From positions 1 to 52,985 of the IMG/VR virus record IMGVR_UViG_3300036790_000826: a DNA stretch of 52,985 nt. The stretch is one strand, 5' to 3'. The notes beneath the pieces are model-generated. The model ran no database searches. It was not told the origin of the DNA and saw only the letters and a program-made list of their open reading frames with translations. A program made the position numbers and the translations under genes. Positions 1 through 7,403 of the stretch are shown here, piece after piece; the first letter of the stretch is position 1; every line of letters begins with the position of its first letter. Source of the stretch: a virus (Duplodnaviria > Caudoviricetes).

Positions 1-98
1 CAGGCGCCGCCCACGGCTGTCCCGCTTCGCCCCCGTCTCCACAAGCTCTGCTGCGATCGTTTCCATTCCCGCAGCTTAGCGGAAATTCGATCAGCCGA

Positions 99-2681
99 CT
101 ACGAGGCGACTGACCGGACGCTTACGAGCTTGCCGACGCGCAGGGCTTCGACGGCAGCGACGCCGCCGTGGTTGGCCACGTCCTGCTCGTTGAAAACGAC
201 CTCGCGGCGGTGGACGAGGCCAGCGACTTCATCTGAGTCGCCGTTGCCCGTATAGCCGCCGACCTTGAATAGAGCCATGCCTTGCACGGCTGCCATCGCG
301 CCGCCCACGGCGACAGGGGCCATGGCGGCAGCGCCGCCCCACGAGGCGATGGTGGCGAGGGTCGCAGGCGCAGCCCAAATGGCAGACATACCCATTGCGG
401 TCGCTGCATTGGCGGCTAGCGCGGCAGCACGCAGGGAATTGCCCAAGGCGAATTCGATCACCTTGCGGGCAACCCACTGGACCGAAGCCTGAACGATGGC
501 CTGCACAACCTGCGTCGTGATCGTCGAAGCGACCGAGGCGAGGGCCTGATGCCACGTTTTGGTTTTCATTATCAACGCGGTGATGTTCGAGGACACCGAG
601 TTGAGGGCTGAATTCATCACGCCGGAAATCTCCGAGCCGATGGACTTGAAGCTGTTCGTGAGCTTCACGAGACCGGAGGTCATGTCGCCAAAGAACGAAC
701 CCGGCGCGGTCTGGGACATTTCCTTGGGCAGGGTGACCTGCTGGCGCTCCTGGAGCCGCTTTAGCTCGTCCTGCGCCTGAGCCTTGGTTGCGGACCCATC
801 AGGCTCCGTCTCGACGCGCTTCTTGGCGATGGCGATGTCCTCGGCGATTTGCTGCTCCTCGCGCTTATATTCGAGGTAGAGCAGTTCCTTCTTTTGCCGG
901 TCGGTCAGATACTCGTCCTCTTTGATCGAATCGACGGCGGCTTGGTCGGCACGCTGCTGCTCCTGAGAGGCGGCAGAGCGCTTCGCGGCAAGTTCCTTCT
1001 CGGCCTGTTTCTCCTTTTTGTCGGCGGCCTCCTGCGCCTTTTTGTTCTCCGCTTCCTCGGCCTTAGCCTCTGCATCCTGCGTCGCAAAAATCTCGTGCTC
1101 CACCTGCGCGATCTTGCCCGCCATTTCGAGACGGAAGGTGTAGGCGGCCTGCTGCGCCTCGCTCTGCTTGGACGGGTCGCTGGCCTCGTTCGACCCAAGG
1201 TAGCGCTCGGGCCGCGAGTCAGGGCCGTTGAGCTGCGCCGTCAGCGAAGCCTTCTTCGCGAGGAGCATGTTGATGTATTCGGACTTGTCGGCTTCCTTGA
1301 AAGCCGCCTCAACGCGGGCCTCCTCCTGCGCCTGAATCTCGGGGCCTTTCTTGACCAACGCATCGCGGGCGGCTGCTGCCTCGCGTGTAAACGCTGCGGC
1401 GCGTGCCTCCATTTGGGCCTCAAGGTCCTTCTGCTTGTTCAGCTCGATCTGCTTTTGGCCCTCGGATTGGAGAAGGGAAAGCCGCTGACGGGTCAGGTCG
1501 ATCAACTCGACGATATTGCCCGTTGACGTATTGTCATCATCACCAATGGCACTGCCCGAACTGGCGAGCTGCCTGATGTTCTTCCATCCTTGATCGGTTG
1601 CCGAATCTATATCGGACTGACTCCGCACGTTATCGGCCTGAGCGCTGAATTGATCGAATTGCTTGCGACCAGCAACAGCCTCCTGCTGCGGCCCTGTCAG
1701 CGGCTGTCTTCCGTCTATAACGTCCGCAAGATCAGTGAGCTGGCCGATGCTCGCTTGCGCACCCAAGGAAAGGAATCTGACGGTCTGTTTAAACGCATCG
1801 CTGCTCGTCAGCGCTATGAGGGACTTTAGCAGTTCCTTGTAGGAAACAGCGAGGTCTGCTGTCGCGTCAGAAGCCGACTGCGCCGTCGTAGCGTTCAGAC
1901 GCTCTTGCAGGATCGTGATGTTCTCCGCGCTGGCCGTCACAGCCTCGGTGAAAGCGTGGAGCTTCTGATTCAGAAACTCGTAGAGCTGGCCTGCCTCGCT
2001 CGCGGCCTTGAGGTCGGCGTCGGTGATCCCGAGGCTGCGCCCAGCGACCGTGCGGTTGGCGACGCCGTTCAGGATGTCGGCAATGTCGCGGGTCGCCCTG
2101 AAACCTTGGATGCCGAGCGTCGTCATCGCCCGGTTGAGCGTGACAGACAGCTCGATCTGCTTGTTGAGGTCGGTGATCCCGCCCTTGAACATAGCACCGA
2201 CCGTGGCGGTGTACTGCTCGGCCAGGGCGGGGAAGCTCAGGCCGAACTGAGCCGACTTCGCCTTGAGCTTGTCGATGACATCGCCCGATGCCTCAAGGGC
2301 CTGCTGGAAGGTGTGGTAGCGCTCAGGGTCGAATTCTTGGAGGGCTGCCGCGATGCCTGTCTTTGCGTTCTCCATTTCCGCCGTGAACTGGATGCCCTCA
2401 GAGAGGACACCCTTAATCGCGCCAGATATTGCTCGGACAGCGGCGACAACACTCATCGCAGCAGTCGCGCCTGCCGTTAGCCCTGCGCCCATTCCGAAAC
2501 TGCCAAAGAATTGCTCGCGGAACGTGTCGCCGAAGCCAGCGGCCTCCTTAGCGGCAGCATTGATGCCGCCCATGGAGAACTTGGCTGCGTTCTGGAGGTC
2601 GAGGAACGCTTCCTGAGCTTTCTTTATGCCCTCCAGATTTGCACTAACCTTGAGGAGAATGTCTGCTTGTCCGTCGGCCAT
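99..2681 (-). CDS. Tape measure-like protein (860 aa)
   Basis: Long Ala/Gln/Glu-rich helical protein. C-terminal SAIWAAPATLATIASWGGAAA...GGYTG...AGLVH..E.V block is TMP-typical and aligns by eye with the prophage TMP at 42141-45188. Confidence 0.8.
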   Translation of the reverse strand: MADGQADILLKVSANLEGIKKAQEAFLDLQNAAKFSMGGINAAAKEAAGFGDTFREQFFGSFGMGAGLTAGATAAMSVVAAVRAISGAIKGVLSEGIQFTAEMENAKTGIAAALQEFDPERYHTFQQALEASGDVIDKLKAKSAQFGLSFPALAEQYTATVGAMFKGGITDLNKQIELSVTLNRAMTTLGIQGFRATRDIADILNGVANRTVAGRSLGITDADLKAASEAGQLYEFLNQKLHAFTEAVTASAENITILQERLNATTAQSASDATADLAVSYKELLKSLIALTSSDAFKQTVRFLSLGAQASIGQLTDLADVIDGRQPLTGPQQEAVAGRKQFDQFSAQADNVRSQSDIDSATDQGWKNIRQLASSGSAIGDDDNTSTGNIVELIDLTRQRLSLLQSEGQKQIELNKQKDLEAQMEARAAAFTREAAAARDALVKKGPEIQAQEEARVEAAFKEADKSEYINMLLAKKASLTAQLNGPDSRPERYLGSNEASDPSKQSEAQQAAYTFRLEMAGKIAQVEHEIFATQDAEAKAEEAENKKAQEAADKKEKQAEKELAAKRSAASQEQQRADQAAVDSIKEDEYLTDRQKKELLYLEYKREEQQIAEDIAIAKKRVETEPDGSATKAQAQDELKRLQERQQVTLPKEMSQTAPGSFFGDMTSGLVKLTNSFKSIGSEISGVMNSALNSVSSNITALIMKTKTWHQALASVASTITTQVVQAIVQASVQWVARKVIEFALGNSLRAAALAANAATAMGMSAIWAAPATLATIASWGGAAAMAPVAVGGAMAAVQGMALFKVGGYTGNGDSDEVAGLVHRREVVFNEQDVANHGGVAAVEALRVGKLVSVRSVAS

Positions 2682-2700
2682 GGCGGTGAGTGGTTGAGGG

Positions 2701-3021
2701 TTACTCGGAGATGTTTTCGACTGCCTGCGCTGCGAAAGCTGCGCCCGTAGGCGTGGCTATCCATTGCTGAAACACGCGCATGGCTTCGTCGTTGGTCAGC
2801 TTGTCGGCCCGCTTGAAGGCAAATTTAGGATGCCTCTCCCGAATTGAGCGCACGTCCCCTTTGTCGGCTTCGGTCGGGATACTGCCATCGAACGCAGCAC
2901 TTTCCCAAACCAGCCTCCCGGCTTCGAGTTGGTGCTTGGTCATCTTCCAGCCCAGCTTGAAGGTTTGGACGAACCGTCCGTTGTTGGCCTTCGACCCGGA
3001 ATTCCTTGTTTGGGTTTTCAT
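2701..3021 (-). CDS. Hypothetical protein (106 aa, start MKTQTR)
   Basis: ATG at 3021 overlaps the upstream stop (ATGA); the ORF ends 20 nt before the TMP-like start. Confidence 0.6.
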   Translation of the reverse strand: MKTQTRNSGSKANNGRFVQTFKLGWKMTKHQLEAGRLVWESAAFDGSIPTEADKGDVRSIRERHPKFAFKRADKLTNDEAMRVFQQWIATPTGAAFAAQAVENISE

Positions 3022-3632
3022 ACCTTGGGTTCTCCACTTGGCGGGCATGTCGTTCCAGACGCAGCAACCTCGCGGCAGAATTCGGCCCACCATTCCCTAA
3101 GTCTTATTTCGATCTGGAATGCCTTCAGCCCCTTCAGTCGCCGAGCAAGGTTGCTAAATCGTGGCCCTTTAAATCTGGGTTTCCCTTTGGATGTACGTCC
3201 ATGCGCCTCGATCCATTCCTTCCATTGGGCGACATTCCAAAATCCATCGGACCGGGGTATTGGTGCCCCTAAAATGCGCCAACGCTGCACGGTCTTGCGC
3301 GTGACCCCGAGTATCAGCGCCAGCTCTACTTGATTTCGAGCCCACCCATCCTCAGCTAAACGATACACTCTCTTCGGTCTCCCAACCTTTGGTGGTTGGC
3401 CCGTCTGTTGAGTTCGCGGCTGTGCCGTCTCAAGAATGTACCTCTGTGACGGTGTAAGTTCTCGGCCTTTAGAGCTGTCCTGAATCGATTTGGCTAAAAT
3501 CTGACGCCTCGCAGTGTCGACAGGACTGCCCCTCGTCCGCACGCGGATCTCGGATTCCGGGTCGGTATTCTTGTCTGGTGACCAAATCGGTGCGCCTGTC
3601 CCCCCCGGAGCTGCTTGATATTCGTCAGCCAT
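3018..3632 (-). CDS. HTH protein resembling the lambda Nu1/terminase small subunit DNA-binding domain
   Basis: Segment NQVELALILGVTRKTVQRWRILGAP...WNVAQWKEW resembles the Nu1-type winged HTH; lies directly after the rep gene. Confidence 0.55.
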   Translation of the reverse strand: MADEYQAAPGGTGAPIWSPDKNTDPESEIRVRTRGSPVDTARRQILAKSIQDSSKGRELTPSQRYILETAQPRTQQTGQPPKVGRPKRVYRLAEDGWARNQVELALILGVTRKTVQRWRILGAPIPRSDGFWNVAQWKEWIEAHGRTSKGKPRFKGPRFSNLARRLKGLKAFQIEIRLREWWAEFCREVAASGTTCPPSGEPKV

Positions 3633-3638
3633 GGTGAA

Positions 3639-4388
3639 TTAAACCCGCCTGTAGGGGTCTGCTGGCTGCGAAGGTTTCTGCGGCAGATCGGTGCCCTCGG
3701 GCTCGCGCAATCCCTGCCACCCCTTGAAGATCGTGAATTCGATGGCACGGATAGCCCGTGCTAGACCGATGCCGACGCACCATTTCAAACCCTGCGACTC
3801 AGAGGTGGGCTTGAGCGGCTTTTTGATTTCGATCCGGTGCTGACGCCAGGACTCCCAGGCTTTCTCGAACTCGGGTGTCCGCAGCTCCAAAGGAATTTCA
3901 GCACCCACACTGGCTGCGCCGGTAGGCGCATAGTTCGCTTTTTCTGCTTGTAGGATGCTTGAAGCATCCTTCGAGGATGCTTCGGGATGCTTCCTAGTCT
4001 TGTCTATGTCTAGTCTTGTCTCCGTCTTTGTCTCTCGGTTCAGAGACCACCTGGCTTCGGCGGCCTGCTTCGCCCGGTTCCGATAGAGCGCCAGCTTTGC
4101 CCCGTAGCGCTCGTTCCAACCCACGGCTGTTTGGCCGTCCTCGCTGATGAAGCCACAATCTTTCAGTGCCTTGGCGAGAAGTTGAGCGTCCCCGTCAAAT
4201 TCGAGCACATCCTTAAGATCCTCCGCTGAGAGGTCTGACACGTCATCCGACTCGCGCTCCATGCAGTAGGACCATAGGCGTGGCGGAACCCAAAATGCAT
4301 CGGTCCCGATGACCCGCTTCAGCCGCAAGGTCTTCGGGTGCCGGTAAAAGGAGGATTCGTGTTGAATCCATTTAGCCACGGCTACCAC
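3639..4388 (-). CDS. Phage-type replication initiator
   Basis: N-terminal WIQHESSFYRHPKTLRL...RLW motif, low-complexity linker carrying iterons, and C-terminal FEKAWESWRQHR...KGWQGL domain typical of lambdoid O/DnaT-like initiators. True start may be GTG at 4379. Confidence 0.7.
   Translation of the reverse strand: MVAVAKWIQHESSFYRHPKTLRLKRVIGTDAFWVPPRLWSYCMERESDDVSDLSAEDLKDVLEFDGDAQLLAKALKDCGFISEDGQTAVGWNERYGAKLALYRNRAKQAAEARWSLNRETKTETRLDIDKTRKHPEASSKDASSILQAEKANYAPTGAASVGAEIPLELRTPEFEKAWESWRQHRIEIKKPLKPTSESQGLKWCVGIGLARAIRAIEFTIFKGWQGLREPEGTDLPQKPSQPADPYRRV
3953..4036. repeat. Putative replication-origin iterons inside the rep gene
   Basis: GGATGCTT at 3953, 3975 and 3985 plus inverted AAGCATCC at 3962, followed by two TAGTCTTGTCT copies in a purine-skewed tract. 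Confidence 0.6.
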
Positions 4389-4518
4389 TCCCCTTTCTGC
4401 GCATTGCGTGGGTACGAGCCCGCATCATCGCAAAGCCGCTGGCCGGATTCTTGTAGAGCAAACCCCACTTCGCCAGGGTGTGGCGTCGCATGCGGTTTAG
4501 CCGAAGAGCGCTTTTCAC
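4372..4518 (-). CDS. Small basic hypothetical protein (48 aa), below the ORF-track cut-off
   Basis: GTG start overlaps the upstream stop (GTGA); its TAA overlaps the rep start region. Confidence 0.3.
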   Translation of the reverse strand: MKSALRLNRMRRHTLAKWGLLYKNPASGFAMMRARTHAMRRKGSGSRG

Positions 4519-4757
4519 TTTGCCTCCGCTTCGACAGCCGCAGGGCCGTTTAAACGCTCAATGAGCGCGATCGCCTGAGCAACGGGGAGAAGAACCCGGC
4601 CAGCTCGCTGGCGTCCGGGAAGTCGAGGTCTAACAAGCCGAATAAGGCCCTTCGATTCAGCCAGCCGCCACCAGCTTTGCGACATGTTGCATACGGGATC
4701 ACCCCCGCTTTTGGGTAGCTGAATGAATTCGGGATGATTCGCTTCGGTCGATTTCAT
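4515..4757 (-). CDS. Excisionase/AlpA-like small DNA-binding protein
   Basis: 80 aa with PEFIQLP...MSQSWWRL...GLIRLV...GRVL pattern; first gene of the rep operon, as in PICI-like elements. Confidence 0.55.
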   Translation of the reverse strand: MKSTEANHPEFIQLPKSGGDPVCNMSQSWWRLAESKGLIRLVRPRLPGRQRAGRVLLPVAQAIALIERLNGPAAVEAEAK

Positions 4758-5331
4758 AGGTTCAAGGAAGTGGCATTGAGTTGGTGGAGCTGTACACCAT
4801 GGCTCTAATGTCGCTTTGGCGTCGTTTTGGGGCGCGTGCCTGATGGCGTTTTCGTGGTCGCCAAGAGAGCTGCAAATCGCGCCTCGTGCGTCCTATGGGA
4901 ATGGCCAACTTTGCCATTCCTTTGGCTCTTGCGGCCTTTCGCGGGCGAAATTGGGTCCCCAATGAGGGTCTGGGCTTCAAAAGACCAAGGAATTGGTCAG
5001 AAGTCCCAAGCCAATGCCCCTAGAGGCCCAACCCAGCGGAATGTATCAATGGCAACCCATAGAGCGAAAAGCGCGCCTTACTCTCGGCCAGCGACCTGCC
5101 CCGGCAGCCAAGCGCAACATGGGACTCCCATTTTTTCATCGCATGCAGATGACAAGGGCCCTCGTGGCGGAACCAGCCCGCCGGGGGTGGGCCAAAGAGA
5201 TTCCTTAGGGGGGCAGGCCCTAGAATTAATGCAGGGCTACGTTCGTCGGTGGAACGGCGCGAACACCCGGCCCCGTGACGAGACTTGAGTCGCTGCAGCT
5301 TCGCGCTCTAGTACCCGCCCAAAGAAACCCG

Positions 5332-5763
5332 ATGGGCTACATGCTCGACACTTCAGTCTTCAACCGGATTCTGCAAGGCCGCCTTGCGTTGGAGGCCGTG
5401 CCTTATGATGGAGGGATCTTTGTCACCCAGATCCAAAGCGACGAGCTGACCAAAACCGGCGCCAAGGACGAGCAGCGAATGAAGGACCTTTTGGCTGTGC
5501 TAGCGACGCTCGGTCCAATGACGATTCCTACCGAGACGGGGGTGGTGGGCTACGTCAAAATCGGTGAATTCAAGATTTCCAGTGGCGTGAAGTTTTCTGA
5601 AATCAAAGCCGCGATGGAGCGAATTCAGCCGAAGAAAGATCACACAAACGATGCGCTCATTGCGGAGGCAGCCTTGTTGAACGGCCATACCCTGGTAAGC
5701 TCCGACAAGGCACTTTGTGCGGCCTTCGAGGAAATCGGCGGCAAAGTATATCGAATCGCTTGA
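5332..5763 (+). CDS. PIN-domain (VapC-like) ribonuclease
   Basis: YMLDTS at the N-terminus, DEL, NDALIA and LVSSDK acidic PIN motifs. ATG at 5332 is preferred over GTG at 5275. Confidence 0.8.
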   Translation: MGYMLDTSVFNRILQGRLALEAVPYDGGIFVTQIQSDELTKTGAKDEQRMKDLLAVLATLGPMTIPTETGVVGYVKIGEFKISSGVKFSEIKAAMERIQPKKDHTNDALIAEAALLNGHTLVSSDKALCAAFEEIGGKVYRIA

Positions 5764-5836
5764 TCTGCTACTTTTACCCCGGACGTTTCGGGGCCTAATC
5801 GCGCCAGCGAAACCCGTAAAGGTAGCCTCGCCAGCG

Positions 5837-6076
5837 CTAACTGGGTTTTCCTACCACGCGCACAAATTCGCCGTTATCGACCCTCTGAAACGTGCCCTCA
5901 TCAACATAATTCAAATCGTAGCCGTCACTAGTAACTGCTTCGCTCAAAGCCCCAAGGGTCTCTTGGTGGCCATGGCGCATATCGCTTGTATCGATAATCT
6001 CCCTGTAAACTAGAATTAGGCACTCAGCCCCCGAATCGTAACGACCAAGCAATCTCTGGGTTAGACGTTTGCTCAT
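5837..6076 (-). CDS. Hypothetical protein (79 aa)
   Basis: ATG start, globular-looking composition, co-oriented just downstream of the HNH gene. Confidence 0.45.
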   Translation of the reverse strand: MSKRLTQRLLGRYDSGAECLILVYREIIDTSDMRHGHQETLGALSEAVTSDGYDLNYVDEGTFQRVDNGEFVRVVGKPS

Positions 6077-6122
6077 AGACTTGGCTCATTAGCCAAATCG
6101 GTTGGCTAACAATAGTCCAATT

Positions 6123-6767
6123 CTACTTCATTCCGCTCAATGCCGCCTCAGCGAGATCCAGAGCATGAAGTGCCTGCCTTGCTGTCGTTGCGTGTGGCGT
6201 GCCGACCTCATCCGCAACAATCCGCTCCCATTGCGGACGACACCTTGCGGCGTAGGCTCTGAACTCCGCCTCTAATATTGCTTTTTCGCGGAGCCGCTTT
6301 AGCAATGGGCGATTGAGTCTAAGGATTCTGATTTGATATTCTGCAGGCGGCTTAAGCGCATTTACGGTCCCATCGCCGTCGACTTCAAAAAAGTTCAATC
6401 GATTTTCGATGAAAGGCTCGATCCAGCCTTTTTCACCATCGAAAGGCAAAGAGGGATCCTCTGTTGGCCAATGGTCACTCTTGAATCTATTACAGATCCC
6501 ACAGGAATGAACCAGGTTTTTAGGATCGTCGCGCAGATGCTCAAATCGCCTCTCGTTATTCGGACCAAAGGGCTTGCGCCACGGGCGAAAATGATCGGTC
6601 TCCATGCCATGTATGCCGCCGAATGAATCTTGGTGGCTACCGCAGTACCCGCAGTACTCGCGGCAGTCTTCGGAAATAGCCACCCGGTATCTCGCATAGC
6701 CATAATAAGCCCCATCGGGCCTAGTCTCATACGGGTCTCGTCGGGTGAGAGGTCCGAAATAGGCCAT
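6123..6767 (-). CDS. HNH endonuclease
   Basis: CGYC...ETDHFRP...NLVHSCGICNRFK zinc-binding HNH signature. Confidence 0.88.
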   Translation of the reverse strand: MAYFGPLTRRDPYETRPDGAYYGYARYRVAISEDCREYCGYCGSHQDSFGGIHGMETDHFRPWRKPFGPNNERRFEHLRDDPKNLVHSCGICNRFKSDHWPTEDPSLPFDGEKGWIEPFIENRLNFFEVDGDGTVNALKPPAEYQIRILRLNRPLLKRLREKAILEAEFRAYAARCRPQWERIVADEVGTPHATTARQALHALDLAEAALSGMK

Positions 6768-7403
6768 CTATAGAGGTAGATTGCCCGCCCTAATCAGGCC
6801 TTTAACAGTTTCCACAGCTCTTGCTAGATTCTGCTCCTTTGCTCTCTCTTCGGCGAGAACAGCCGCCGTAGCCTCCCCCTCAAGTCGGTCCATTTCGGTT
6901 TGCTCCTCAGGTGTAAGGGCTTCGCGCAGGCTCTTGACCAACAAATCATGAAATCGGCTTTCTCGGTCGTTGCGGACGTCGTTAAACACGTCCAGATGCC
7001 GAAGCATTCTCGCTTTGACTGTTTTCGCCTCCTCGCTATTCGCGTCCTCAATATCCTCCTTTCCGATGATGTTTTCGACCAGGTGCTCGCATCCTGCGAA
7101 GTCTTGGCGCTCTCTCGAATGACCTGTCAGAATATATATGGGCATCTTCCCGTCTATGCCGCGTAAGTGGCTCGCGAGATCTGTCCCATTGTATCCAATA
7201 CCACCGCCTTTCATTCGTTGATCTAGAATGAAAGCAGCCGTGTCTGGCTTAGCTAGAAGCTCGTTGTAATCTGCCATAGCATGCAATGGCTCTTGGGCTA
7301 TTACTTGAATTTCCGGGTTGTCCAATAGGCTAATAAGGCCCCGAACATTGGCACGCCGAGCTGCCGCGTCCTCGTCGACAAAATAGATCCTGTTTCGCTT
7401 CAT
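6768..7403 (-). CDS. Response-regulator receiver-domain protein with helical C-terminus
   Basis: IYFVDED, FILDQRM (phospho-acceptor Asp), ILTGH and conserved Lys in IIGKED; ATGA-coupled to the kinase. Confidence 0.8.
   Translation of the reverse strand: MKRNRIYFVDEDAAARRANVRGLISLLDNPEIQVIAQEPLHAMADYNELLAKPDTAAFILDQRMKGGGIGYNGTDLASHLRGIDGKMPIYILTGHSRERQDFAGCEHLVENIIGKEDIEDANSEEAKTVKARMLRHLDVFNDVRNDRESRFHDLLVKSLREALTPEEQTEMDRLEGEATAAVLAEERAKEQNLARAVETVKGLIRAGNLPL

Noticed and set aside
4762-5288. Short ORFs between the excisionase-like gene and PIN
   Set aside because: Overlapping, motif-free and with weak starts; more likely regulatory or decayed DNA.
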